Source of the DNA: Desulfotalea psychrophila LSv54
GTDB taxonomy: Bacteria > Desulfobacterota > Desulfobulbia > Desulfobulbales > Desulfocapsaceae
Length of the DNA stretch: 32,000 nucleotides
Direction: 5' to 3'
NCBI RefSeq assembly: GCF_000025945.1
Contig: NC_006138.1
Span: 900,001-932,000 of the forward strand
Part shown: piece after piece, positions 17,510 through 27,635 of the stretch
Layout of the letters: every line of letters starts with the position of its first letter
Numbering within the stretch: position 1 is the stretch's first letter
The notes under the pieces: generated by a model
Databases searched by the model: none
What the model was told of the DNA's origin: nothing
Seen by the model: the letters and a program-made list of their open reading frames with translations, nothing else
Position numbers and translations under genes: made by a program

Positions 17510-18841
17510 ATGAAGTTTCATTTAATAAGTCTTGGCTGTGCTAAAAATCTTGTGGATTCAGAGGTTGTTCTCGGCTGTTTGCGGGATGCCGGTTGGGAGA
17601 TGACAGATGAGCAAGATGCTGATCTTTTGCTGGTCAATACCTGCGGTTTTATTCAGCCTGCCGTTGAAGAGGCCGTGGAAGAAATTCTTGCCTTGGTGGA
17701 TATTAAAGCCGATTTTCCCGAGAAGAAAATTGTGGTTTTGGGTTGTTTGGTGCAGAGATATAAGGAGCAACTCCTTGAGTCACTGCCGGAGGTGGATCTC
17801 TTTGTGGGCACCGAGGGTGTAGCGAATATTGCCGAGTATGTTGGCAAGCTTATAGCTGGTGAGGAGCAGGATAAGGTTATTATGCCGACTGAGTTTCTGA
17901 TGACGGCCAAGGTGCCTCGTCAGCAATCCACTCCATTTTTTCGGGCCTGGGTAAAGATTACCGAGGGCTGTGATAACCGCTGCTCCTACTGTATGATCCC
18001 ATCTATTCGTGGCCCACTGAGAAGTCGCTCCGTGGCAGATGTGCTTGAAGAGGTGCAGGCAATGGTGGCCAGTGGCGTGCAGGAGATATCTCTTATTGCC
18101 CAGGATCTTACCGCCTATGGTGATGATCTCGGTGACGATGTCAATTTGCTTGTTCTTTTAAAAGAACTGCTTGCTAAAACATCTGTTCCCTGGATTCGTC
18201 TGCTCTATCTCTATCCCTCAGAGCTTTTGGATGAGCTGTTGCAGCTTATGGCCGCCAATCCTCGAATTGTTAAATATCTTGATATTCCTATCCAGCATGT
18301 CAATGATCGTGTCTTACACTTGATGAACCGCCCTTATGGAAGGGCAGATCTAGAGGAGTTTGTGGATAAGGCCCGTGCTCATATGCCTGATATTGCCCTG
18401 CGCACAACCTTTCTTGTCGGCTTTCCTGGTGAAACAGAAGAGGAGTACGCTGAGATTGGAGAATTTCTCAGGGTGAGGAAACTTGATCATGTCGGTGTCT
18501 TTCCCTACTCAAATGAAGAGGGCGCACCTTCCGAGCATTTTCCGGATCAGGTGGATGATGAGATCAAGGAGAGTCGCTGTGCCCGTTTATTAGAGCTGCA
18601 ACAGGAGCTTTCCACGGAGATCCAAAAGAAGTATGTGGGTACTGTGCAGAAGGTACTGGTAGAGGGGGTGAGTGAGGAGACTGATCTACTGCTTGAGGGA
18701 CGAACTCAGTACCAGGCAGCAGATGTTGATGGCCGTGTCTATATTAATGAGGGCCAGGTTGTTGCAGGTGAAATTGTTGACATACTGATAACAGATTCGC
18801 AACAGTATGATCTCGTTGGCGGTGTTGTTAGCGTGGAGTAA
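17510..18841 (+). CDS. rimO: Ribosomal protein S12 methylthiotransferase
   Basis: MKFHLISLGCAKNLVDSEVVLG, radical-SAM CDNRCSYCMIPSIRGPLRSR, QDLTAYGDD, C-terminal TRAM-like domain. Confidence 0.95.
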   Translation: MKFHLISLGCAKNLVDSEVVLGCLRDAGWEMTDEQDADLLLVNTCGFIQPAVEEAVEEILALVDIKADFPEKKIVVLGCLVQRYKEQLLESLPEVDLFVGTEGVANIAEYVGKLIAGEEQDKVIMPTEFLMTAKVPRQQSTPFFRAWVKITEGCDNRCSYCMIPSIRGPLRSRSVADVLEEVQAMVASGVQEISLIAQDLTAYGDDLGDDVNLLVLLKELLAKTSVPWIRLLYLYPSELLDELLQLMAANPRIVKYLDIPIQHVNDRVLHLMNRPYGRADLEEFVDKARAHMPDIALRTTFLVGFPGETEEEYAEIGEFLRVRKLDHVGVFPYSNEEGAPSEHFPDQVDDEIKESRCARLLELQQELSTEIQKKYVGTVQKVLVEGVSEETDLLLEGRTQYQAADVDGRVYINEGQVVAGEIVDILITDSQQYDLVGGVVSVE

Positions 18842-18853
18842 ACTGCCGCCAGT

Positions 18854-18888
18854 AAAATGTGATAGGATGAATTCACCCTATCACATTT
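18854..18888. terminator. Bidirectional terminator between convergent rimO and the HU/IHF gene
   Basis: Perfect 12-bp inverted repeat AAATGTGATAGG/CCTATCACATTT, 10-nt loop, between convergent genes. Confidence 0.75.
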
Positions 18889-18894
18889 CTGCTC

Positions 18895-19182
18895 TTATTT
18901 CTTTCGTTTGAGATCGACCTGCTCTCGTAGGTCTTTTCCTACCTTGAAAAAGGGGAGCTTTTTTGGCTTCACCTTGATTTTTTTTCCTGTTTTTGGGTTA
19001 CGTCCTTCGTAGGATTCGTATTGTTTTACGACAAAGCTACCAAAACCACGTATTTCTATGCTGTCACCCTTTGCCAGGGCTTCTGTCATGGTATCAATTA
19101 CGGTATTGGTGATAGCAGCAGCCTCGCGGTGGGGTATATTGACGTCTTGAGACAAAGCCTCTATAAGTTCTGACTTGTTCAT
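18895..19182 (-). CDS. HU/IHF family DNA-binding protein
   Basis: MNKSELIEALS...IEIRGFGSFVVKQYESYEGRNPKTGKKIKVKPKKLPFFKVGKDL; ATG at 19182 preceded by a GGAGG-type SD. Confidence 0.95.
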   Translation of the reverse strand: MNKSELIEALSQDVNIPHREAAAITNTVIDTMTEALAKGDSIEIRGFGSFVVKQYESYEGRNPKTGKKIKVKPKKLPFFKVGKDLREQVDLKRKK

Positions 19183-19640
19183 GTTTTCCTCCGAGTTAGA
19201 GAGTTCTCTGGTAGCTGTCGAGTAACTCCTAGAGATAGTGTGATATTTACTCTGCGGCACTAAAGAAATGATATCACTTTCAAAAATAAAAAAGGAAGTT
19301 TTTTCTGAAAAACAATGAGATAAAGGTTGTTTTTTATAAGAAAGAAAAAACTTATACTACAATGTGGTACCTCGAAGTGCGAATAGATACCACATTGTCT
19401 GTTATTGCGCAAACTTCATTGTAATTGTGTGCGCTTACAGGGCATTGTCTCTCGGGGGATTCCGGCCAATCAATCCCGGCACTAGGAAAAAAATATCCTT
19501 ACTTTGTCCTGAGACAGACTCCGACATCGTAACGACTCGGAGCCATGTTCTGTCTGGATCCTATTCGAAAATTTTATCTAACATGGCCAAATAACAATGA
19601 TAAAACATTAACTATCTTTTATCTCTTGTAAATAGGAGGG

Positions 19641-20364
19641 TTAGCTTTTTTTTGCGAAGATTAAATTTATTTCGGTGGGAGAAAGCCTTTTGAATTGGCC
19701 AGTTGCCAGTGTTTGCAGTTCCAGCTTACCGTAGGCGATCCGTTTGAGGTGGTTAACAGGGTGGCCAATAGCGGCAAACATTTTTTTAACCTGATGCTTG
19801 CGTCCTTCGTGGATGGTGATGGCAACCTTGGTGCTATGTTTTTTTTGTGAGAGAATCTTTACCCTTGCAGGAGCGGTTGGCTTTCCCTCCAAAAGGATAC
19901 CCTGTTCAAGGCGCTGCAGTTTGGCCCTTGAGGGGGTGCCGCTGAGGTCAGCCTCATAGGTTTTAAAGGTTTCGTAGCTGGGGTGGCAGGGTCTTTTGGG
20001 CAAGATCGCCATCGTTGGTGAGGAGGAGAGCACCCTCCGTGTCAAAGTCAAGTCGACCCACGGGGAAAACTCTCTCATTAATGCCATGGAGAAGATCGGT
20101 TACCACCGGACGTCCCTGTGGATCTGATAGGGTTGTAACATATCCCTTTGGTTTATTGAGCAGGTAGTAGACCTTTTGCTCTTCTTCCTTAACCAGTTTG
20201 CCATCAACGGTAATCTTGTCGATGTCTGGAGTTATTTTTGTGCCAAGGATGAGGACTGTTTCACCGTTAAGGGTGACCCGGCCATCAAGGATGAGCTGCT
20301 CCGCTTTGCGACGGGAGCAGATGCCGGAGGCGGCTAAAAATTTTTGCAGGCGAACTGGAGACAT
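19641..20364 (-). pseudogene. rluB: Pseudouridine synthase RluB/RsuA family, interrupted by a one-base frameshift near 19985-19995
   Basis: N-terminal half VRLQKFLAASGICSRRKAEQLI...VGRLDFDTEGALLLTNDGDLAQK is in one frame (ORF 19963..20652). The C-terminal half HPSYETFKTYEADLSG...EGRKHQVKKMFAAIGHPVNHLKRIAYG is in another (ORF 19641..20087). Confidence 0.85.
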
Positions 20365-20956
20365 AATATTATAGGACTTGATTGTTGATGGGGGGCGATG
20401 GGTGAGAGTGCTTTTTTCTATCTTGCAAAAAATCTTCGTGATATTCATCTTCACTGAGATGGTGCGCAACACGAGGGCTATTTGATCAAATGCCTGATTG
20501 ATCTCTTTACTGTTGAGTCGTGCAGAGAGGAGGTCGGCAAACTCTTTTCTACCCAGTAGTTGCAGAAGGTTGGAAAAAGAGATGCGGTCGAGCTTTTCGC
20601 TGAGGCCGAAACAGATTTGAGGTGTATCAGGGAGCATAGTCAATCCTATCATATTGAAGTTATTTCATAATAGACCTTTTTTTTGCAGAAGGCATTCATT
20701 TTTTAAAGTGTTGCCTTTCGCAGGAGCTGGGCCTGGGGTGCCGGGGCTCATTCCTCAATGAAAGAACATGTGCTACAATAATTTTTGAGAGCCCGCTTTT
20801 TTCTGCGCTAGAGGAGGAGTAATATATTTCTTTTCTCACAATCAGTCAATATTGTTAGAATGTCATGTGAAAACTATTTTATAAGAAATCTGAGCATATG
20901 GGGCTGGGCTTAGGGGTTAGGAGATTTTTCTATTAAGAATAAAGGGCTATGTTAAA

Positions 20957-21475
20957 ATGATTTTTCTTGTTGGTTATAGGGCAGTTGGCAAGACAACCCT
21001 GGGGAAAAAGCTCGCCAGGGAAATAGGCGCTGACTTTGTTGATCTTGATCGGTATATCTGTGAGGCAGCGGGGAGAACGGTTGAGGAGATAGTGGCAGTT
21101 GAAGGTTGGCAGGGGTTTCGCCTGCGTGAACGGGAGGCAATGCTTGCCGTTGCTGCTGAGGAGAGGCATCTTGTGGTGGCCACGGGTGGTGGGGCAGTTC
21201 TTCACCAGGATCTTTGGCCTATGTTGAAAAAAAAGGGGTTTGTTGTCTGGCTTACAGCAGAACAGGGGACATTATGTAAAAGGCTTTCGCGCAGGGCTCA
21301 GGATCCCGGTCGTCCCTCACTAACTGGGCAAGAGATGAGTGCAGAGGTGGAGAAGGTTTTAAGGGAGCGCCTGCCTCTCTATGATGCTGTTGCCGATGTT
21401 TCTGTGGCGACGGATCGACTATCAATAGTTGATGCCATCGAGCAGGTTCTTGATTATTATAGGAAAACTATTTGA
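20957..21475 (+). CDS. aroK: Shikimate kinase
   Basis: MIFLVGYRAVGKTTLGKKLAREIGADFVDLD (Walker A), ATGGGAVL, RPSLTG. Confidence 0.94.
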   Translation: MIFLVGYRAVGKTTLGKKLAREIGADFVDLDRYICEAAGRTVEEIVAVEGWQGFRLREREAMLAVAAEERHLVVATGGGAVLHQDLWPMLKKKGFVVWLTAEQGTLCKRLSRRAQDPGRPSLTGQEMSAEVEKVLRERLPLYDAVADVSVATDRLSIVDAIEQVLDYYRKTI

Positions 21476-21546
21476 ATTTGTGCCGAATAAATAATTAATA
21501 TGTGTGCTTTTCCAGGGACTTCCAAGCAAAAACAGGAGATAGTATT

Positions 21547-22551
21547 ATGACAATAAAGATTGGCATCAATGGTTTTGGACGTATTGGACGTAATATCTTT
21601 CGGGCACTGAGCAAGGATGAGGCATTTGCCGATATAGAGATCGTTGCAATCAATGACCTCAGCGATAATGCTACTCTTGCTCATCTCTTGAAGTACGATT
21701 CTATTATGGGGGTCTATGACAGAGAGGTGGGGAGCGACGCTGATGGCATTATTGTTGATGGAAGGCATATAGCTGTTTCAAGTCATCGAACTCCTGCAGA
21801 CATTCCCTGGGGAGAGGTGGGTGCTGACTATATTGCAGAGTGTACCGGTATTTTTCGTGATGCCGAGTCTGCTCAGGGCCATATTGATGCCGGGGCCTCT
21901 AAGGTAGTTATCTCCGCTCCTGCCAAGGGGGCTGTTAAGACCATTGTTATGGGCGTTAATGAGGATGAGTATGATGCAACTCTTCACCATATTGTCTCCG
22001 CTGCCTCATGTACCACAAACTGCCTGGCCCCCTTTGCCAAGGTGATTCTTGATAATTTTGGTATATCTCGTGGCCTGATGACTACCATTCATGCCTATAC
22101 GGGCGATCAGCGCCTGTTGGATTCTCCTCATGCTGACCCTCGCAGAGCCCGGGCCGCAGCCCTCTCTATGATTCCTACCAAAACAGGCGCTGCCGCGGCG
22201 GTATCTCTGGTCATTCCTGAACTGAAGGGGAAATTTGATGGTCTTGCCGTACGGGTTCCCACCGCCAATGTCTCTTTGGTTGATGCTGTGATGGAGGTCG
22301 AGAAGGAGACAAGCGTGGCAGAGGTGAATCAGGTCTTAAAAGAGGCTGCTAACCGATATCTTGGTTATACTGATCTGCCCCTTGTTTCCATTGACTTTCA
22401 GGGGAATCCCCACTCTTCAATCATCGACGCCCAGTCCACCAAGGTAATTGGCAAAAGCGTCAAGGTGATGAGCTGGTACGACAATGAGTGGGCCTATTCT
22501 AACAGGATGCTTGATCTGATACTGCATATGGATGCCCGTAGGGCCCTGTAA
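21547..22551 (+). CDS. gap: Type I glyceraldehyde-3-phosphate dehydrogenase
   Basis: IKIGINGFGRIGRNIFRAL, SAASCTTNCLAPFAKV, SWYDNEWAYSNRM. ATG at 21547 preferred to the upstream track start. Confidence 0.96.
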   Translation: MTIKIGINGFGRIGRNIFRALSKDEAFADIEIVAINDLSDNATLAHLLKYDSIMGVYDREVGSDADGIIVDGRHIAVSSHRTPADIPWGEVGADYIAECTGIFRDAESAQGHIDAGASKVVISAPAKGAVKTIVMGVNEDEYDATLHHIVSAASCTTNCLAPFAKVILDNFGISRGLMTTIHAYTGDQRLLDSPHADPRRARAAALSMIPTKTGAAAAVSLVIPELKGKFDGLAVRVPTANVSLVDAVMEVEKETSVAEVNQVLKEAANRYLGYTDLPLVSIDFQGNPHSSIIDAQSTKVIGKSVKVMSWYDNEWAYSNRMLDLILHMDARRAL

Positions 22552-22695
22552 GTCGGTAGGTGGGGATAAATCTTTTAGGGGGAGGCACTGGCTGGTGACC
22601 TTCCCTTTTTTTTGTTTTATGAGAGTGCTATTTTCCCTGTACTCAGGCCTCTCCGCTACCCCTATAAAAAATTGTTACTCTTCTTAGGTATAACT

Positions 22696-25600
22696 ATGGA
22701 TCGTCATGATGTTGGTCAGGTTTTGCAGTCCGATGCCCTGAAGGCAAACCTTCTGGAAACGGCAGGCACTGTTGAAATTGATAGTGAATTACTGCTACTT
22801 CTCTCAGCTGTAAAGAAGTATCGGGGTCTTCATAAGACTTTGGAAAAGTTGCTCTATGAAATTTGTCATCCTTTTCGAAACTGGAAACTTATTCTTCCCC
22901 AGTTTCGAAGTTATACCCTGAAGAATACAGGGCATTATTTAAAGGATGAGTCCGGTCCAGAGGCAGTAGGGCTTTTTGCCCGTCTGTTTTTTGAGGCCAT
23001 AGAGGATGTGCGTCGAGATCCCGTCCTGCTTGCTCAGGCAGTGGCGGCTCTGCTTATCTGGCTAGAGAAGCTGGCAAAGGATTTACCTGAGGGGAGGCAA
23101 GAGGCGTTTGAGCCTGTCCTGACCGATATCTTTTCCCGCCTCACTCGTTTTGATGAAGAGGATGAGGCCGCGATGATGCAGATGGTTTATGGCCAGTGTT
23201 CTCTGGCGGGGTTGGTTCGTGCCCGCCTGAGCTCTTCTGAGACGGAGGGGGCGGATTGCTCTTCCCTGGTCAGGCTCTATGAGATGGTTTTACACAGGAC
23301 CTATGCCTACTGGCTCTTGGAAGATGATCCCCTCCAGTGGTTTTTGATGAGATGCAAGATGGTTGCCAATGATCTTACTGCAAGGGAGACGTTTAAAGAT
23401 ATCTCCCATCTGTCCATGCAGTCGCGCTTGACTGAACTCAAGCGTATTCGTCAGGAAACAGCAGGTGTCGCGACCCTCAGGGCCATGCTAGGACTTGCCT
23501 CTCATATTGATATTGTTCGTTTTTATCGGGCGATCCCCGATAAGCTTGCCGAGTTAGATATCGTCTCCGACTGTTTCGCTAAAGAGGATGCGGCAAGTTC
23601 TAATTTTAACGAAAATAGAAAGATCCTCTTTCTCTTTAAAATAATGGATACAGAGGGGCTACATCTTGTCCACGAAGAAACCCTCCGGGAAATTAACAGA
23701 AGCCTGGTTCAGTTAATTCGCCAGCAGACCTTTGAGGAGATTGAAGAGTTTCTTTTGGCAACTTTTGAACTGTTGGAGGTCAATGTAAGGAAGTACCCAC
23801 ATACCTCTCTGCAGTGTATTCAGGTTTTGGGTGGTGAGGTCTTTGACCGGAGCAACAGCCGCATGGTGGAGGCATTTTTGTGGGGAGTGGTTCGCTTTGG
23901 CTTTCAGCATGCCAATGTCGTTGGGGTGGATGAGAATTGGCAACCTCTGACTAACCCTGCCCATCTGGCCAATATTCGAGTGTGGTTGCATTTAATCATG
24001 CGGGAGCCAAAGTGGTGTGCGACCCTCTTTTCTGCCCTTATCATTCATATTAAACTTTCGGGCACCTGCATTAAGGATACGGATCTTTTTCAGCGTGATA
24101 TTACCGAGCTACTTAACCATCCCATTAAGCCCGTCTATAATCTCTGCAAACAGTTCGCCAAGCTTATGCCCGTTTTTTTTAATGAGATAGGATCTGAAGG
24201 GGAGTTACGCGATGTCTCTACAGAACTTGATGAGATGCATCGGCGAAAAGATGTCCTTATTCACTTTCTGAGAAAGCAGGGGCATGTGGAGAGTTCCAAT
24301 CTTATTGTCGATTTTATTAAGGCAATTTTTCTTTTCTGGCAGACAAAGGACAAGAGTAAATTACAGCCTCATGTTCCGGATGAGGTCTATGTCCAGGTCT
24401 CTTCCGAGGGACGATATGTTGATGAAGCACATAGGCTTACCCTGCGATTGTGGCAGGAGCAAAATCTGAAAAATGTCTCCGACCTTCTTGGTGTTGATGA
24501 GGAGACGATGGCGGAGTTTTTGCTTCGTCAGCAGGATATTGATCCCCGTGAGGTGCGCCGTTTTGAGCTGTTGGTTCGTATGTTTAAGTTGCTCCATGCC
24601 AAGTATCAGCTGAGCTTTCAGGATTTGCGTCCAGAACTTCTTGCCGCGGCCAAGAACGGTTTTCCGCAAATGAGAGACCTGCTCGATAGGCTTGATCAGA
24701 AGGATGTTCGGCAAAGTTTGTCGGCTCTTTTGCAGAGCCTGCTTGCCCTTAAGGAGATTATCCTCTCCGAGGAGAGTTTTGAGGCCCGGGAGGATATTTA
24801 CTATAAGAGGCATATTGCCGTAGATATTCCATCTGTTTATGGTCGCTATAAGGAGCGTAAGTTTGACGCCCTGAGTCTCTCCTTTCGTCTGGAGAATCAT
24901 GCCAACATCTATCTGGAAAAATTGGCCGGCACCATCAACCTGGCCATGATCACTCAGGCAACTTTTTATGATATTATTGGCTGCCTGAAGCTCTATATTC
25001 AGGCCCTCAGTGTCGACGGTATCAGCTCTCGTAAATTGGTGACCAGTCTCTCTCTGCTTAAAAACTCGCTTAAGGTACGGCGTTTTTCCTATACCCAGTA
25101 TCTGGATATCTTTAAGGGGATGTCCGAGGGGGTAAAGGATATTATCTATGCCTTTTACACAAATATCCATCAGAACAATCTCTCTATCATTATTCCTCAG
25201 CTGAGTCGAGAAGAGGTGATGCAGAAGTATAGATCGCTCTATGATGAGGATATGGGCATCTCTGTTCATCGGGTTTCCGAGGCCTTTTTGCGTGAGCTTA
25301 TCTCTTCAACATTTGGCCTGCAACATCTGGATAATTTTATTTTGCAGATTCTTGCTACCCTTGAAAATCAGCGGGAGATGCTTTCGGAGAGAAATCTTGA
25401 TCTGCTTATGACCTACAATCCCAATAGGGCTATTTCTGAGCTGCACAATCCTAATCCTCTTGCCAGTAATCTCATCTATCTTGGCAATAAGGGCTTTAAT
25501 CTGGCAACCCTTGCCGCTGATAATAAGCCCATTCCGCCTGCCTTTGTCATTACCACCGAGGTCTTTCGTTGTCGTAATATTGTCTTTGGCTATTCAGAGG

Positions 25601-26961
25601 CGAGACAGCAGTTTATGGGCAAGATTAGAAGATCGCTGACGGAGTTGGAGGATAGTCAGGATAAGTTTTTTGGCTCATCGGACAGACCTCTGCTTCTCTC
25701 CGTTCGAAGCGGTGGCGCCATTTCTATGCCGGGGATGATGGCCACGGTTCATAATGTTGGCTTTAATCAGGAGATTATTCGGGAGTATGCGCGCAAACAT
25801 GGTGAGGGATATTTTGCCTGGGATAATTATCGTCGCTTTCTTCAGTCCTGGGCAATGATCTGTGATGTTGATCGAGAGGATTTTCAGGCCCTTATGGATT
25901 CGGCCAAACAGAGGCACGGGGTGCGCCTTAAACGGGATTTTACCTCGGCGCAGATGGAGGAGTTGGCCCTCTCGTATTATCAACTTGTCTGTGAAAAAGG
26001 GGTGGTTATTCCGGATAATCCCTGGTTGCAGCTGGTCGGCGCTATAGAGCTTGTTCTTGATTCCTGGCACACGACCAAGGCAACTGATTATAGGAGGGTT
26101 ATGGATCTCTCTGAATCCTGGGGGACAGCCGTTATTGTCCAAACCATGATATATGGTAATAAGAGCAGTCGCTCAGGTTCGGGTGTTGTCTTCACCTCTC
26201 ATCCATATCGTAAGGTGCAGCGGGTGGCCCTCTGGGGTGATTATGCCTATGGTAGTCAGGGGGAGGATATTGTTTCCGGGCTGGTCACCAGTTATGCTAT
26301 CTCCATGGAGCAGGCCCAGCTTGATGGTCGTTCTGCGGAGAACACCCTGGAACGAAAATTTCCGAAAATATATGCCGAGCTGCTCAGCATGTCACGGGAA
26401 CTTGTCTACGGGAAGGGGTGGAACCCTCAGGAGATAGAGTTCACCTTTGAGGGAGAGGAGGCTGACCAGCTCTATATCCTTCAATCCCGGGATATGATTA
26501 CTATCAAGAAGAAGGAACACCTTCAGGTCTTTGAAGAGAGCGTGGCCCTGCAGGAGGCGTATCTGGGCCATGGTGTTGGTGTTTCTGGTTCTGCCCTCTC
26601 CGGCTTGGCCGTTTTTACCGAAGAGCATATCGCAGAGATTCGGGCTCGGGATGCAGATGTACCCCTGATTCTTATTCGTCAGGATACTGTGCCGGAGGAC
26701 ATTAAGATTGTTGATCTGGCGGATGGTCTGCTTACCTCACGGGGTGGTCAAACCTCCCATGCCTCCGTGGTTGCGGTGCGTCTTGAAAAAACCTGTGTTG
26801 TTGGCTGTCGCAGATTAAAGGTCTTTGAAACTCTGGGCTATTGTGAGATCAGGGGGAAACGGATCCATTTTGCTGATCCTGTCTCTATTGATGGGCGAAG
26901 CGGTCAGCTCCTGGTGGGTATTCATCCCATTAAAGAAGAGTATCATATCCTGCCTATTTAG
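22696..26961 (+). CDS. Large PEP/pyruvate-binding (PPDK_N-like) protein with C-terminal phospho-His mobile domain and an uncharacterised ~900-aa N-terminal region
   Basis: PPDK-like motifs ISMPGMMATVHNVGFN and SGSGVVFTSHPY, EADQLYILQSRDM, and LLTSRGGQTSHASVVAVRLEKTCVVGC. No TIM-barrel PEP/pyruvate domain follows. Track start is a TTG at 22612; ATG at 22696 is a plausible alternative. Confidence 0.85.
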   Translation: MDRHDVGQVLQSDALKANLLETAGTVEIDSELLLLLSAVKKYRGLHKTLEKLLYEICHPFRNWKLILPQFRSYTLKNTGHYLKDESGPEAVGLFARLFFEAIEDVRRDPVLLAQAVAALLIWLEKLAKDLPEGRQEAFEPVLTDIFSRLTRFDEEDEAAMMQMVYGQCSLAGLVRARLSSSETEGADCSSLVRLYEMVLHRTYAYWLLEDDPLQWFLMRCKMVANDLTARETFKDISHLSMQSRLTELKRIRQETAGVATLRAMLGLASHIDIVRFYRAIPDKLAELDIVSDCFAKEDAASSNFNENRKILFLFKIMDTEGLHLVHEETLREINRSLVQLIRQQTFEEIEEFLLATFELLEVNVRKYPHTSLQCIQVLGGEVFDRSNSRMVEAFLWGVVRFGFQHANVVGVDENWQPLTNPAHLANIRVWLHLIMREPKWCATLFSALIIHIKLSGTCIKDTDLFQRDITELLNHPIKPVYNLCKQFAKLMPVFFNEIGSEGELRDVSTELDEMHRRKDVLIHFLRKQGHVESSNLIVDFIKAIFLFWQTKDKSKLQPHVPDEVYVQVSSEGRYVDEAHRLTLRLWQEQNLKNVSDLLGVDEETMAEFLLRQQDIDPREVRRFELLVRMFKLLHAKYQLSFQDLRPELLAAAKNGFPQMRDLLDRLDQKDVRQSLSALLQSLLALKEIILSEESFEAREDIYYKRHIAVDIPSVYGRYKERKFDALSLSFRLENHANIYLEKLAGTINLAMITQATFYDIIGCLKLYIQALSVDGISSRKLVTSLSLLKNSLKVRRFSYTQYLDIFKGMSEGVKDIIYAFYTNIHQNNLSIIIPQLSREEVMQKYRSLYDEDMGISVHRVSEAFLRELISSTFGLQHLDNFILQILATLENQREMLSERNLDLLMTYNPNRAISELHNPNPLASNLIYLGNKGFNLATLAADNKPIPPAFVITTEVFRCRNIVFGYSEARQQFMGKIRRSLTELEDSQDKFFGSSDRPLLLSVRSGGAISMPGMMATVHNVGFNQEIIREYARKHGEGYFAWDNYRRFLQSWAMICDVDREDFQALMDSAKQRHGVRLKRDFTSAQMEELALSYYQLVCEKGVVIPDNPWLQLVGAIELVLDSWHTTKATDYRRVMDLSESWGTAVIVQTMIYGNKSSRSGSGVVFTSHPYRKVQRVALWGDYAYGSQGEDIVSGLVTSYAISMEQAQLDGRSAENTLERKFPKIYAELLSMSRELVYGKGWNPQEIEFTFEGEEADQLYILQSRDMITIKKKEHLQVFEESVALQEAYLGHGVGVSGSALSGLAVFTEEHIAEIRARDADVPLILIRQDTVPEDIKIVDLADGLLTSRGGQTSHASVVAVRLEKTCVVGCRRLKVFETLGYCEIRGKRIHFADPVSIDGRSGQLLVGIHPIKEEYHILPI

Positions 26962-27253
26962 AATTGGTTTGTTCGGGCTGGAAGAATGAGCGGAGATCGA
27001 TGAGCATTTTTCTAATACGTTTATCGGTAATTGAATTACGGATAAACGTATGATCTCTCTTGGATGTAACAAGGCCCTGAGCCCTGAGTATATTGAGATG
27101 CTGGGAGAGATTTGGGTGACTTGTCTGCAGTTGGGCAAGTAATTCCCCTGTGCTGCACTCCCCTTCAAGTAATAGATAGAGGACCTTGAGGCGAATAGGG
27201 TGTCCCATTGTCTTGAGGATGGCAGAAGTTGCTTCCAGGTATGTATCTTGCAT
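26954..27253 (-). CDS. ArsR-family transcriptional regulator
   Basis: Winged-helix pattern AILKTMGHPIRLKVLYLLLEGECSTGELLAQLQTSHPNLSQHLNILRAQGLVTSKRD. The internal ATG at 27253 fits the family better than 27391. Confidence 0.85.
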   Translation of the reverse strand: MQDTYLEATSAILKTMGHPIRLKVLYLLLEGECSTGELLAQLQTSHPNLSQHLNILRAQGLVTSKRDHTFIRNSITDKRIRKMLIDLRSFFQPEQTNSK

Positions 27254-27635
27254 AAATTGTTGGTTTTGTTTGTTGTTTTTCTTTTTGTCGAGTGTGGCTT
27301 TTGCCTGATACCATCTCTTCCTATCCCGTTGGCTATCTTTCTGAGAATAGCTCCTAATTTCCTTTGTAGCAAGATATGGATGACTTAACATAAAAATGTT
27401 GGCTTCTTTATAAGGGATATGGTTTATTTATATCAATTTCTTTGATGATTCGTGGGTGGAGTTGTTGGGGCTCTTGAGTAAGCGGAGCTACTTACATTCT
27501 GTGAGAAGAGTTAGTAGCTGAAGAAAAACATTGCCTCAACCCATATTTACGATATCAAAAAACATTGAGATGTAGGGATATAGGATAGGGACATTTTTTG
27601 TGGGACGAACATTAATTGTAAGAAGAGGGACAATC

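Noticed and set aside
24361-25269. 302-aa minus-strand ORF inside the large PPDK_N-like gene
   Set aside because: Antisense shadow ORF with no recognisable domain.
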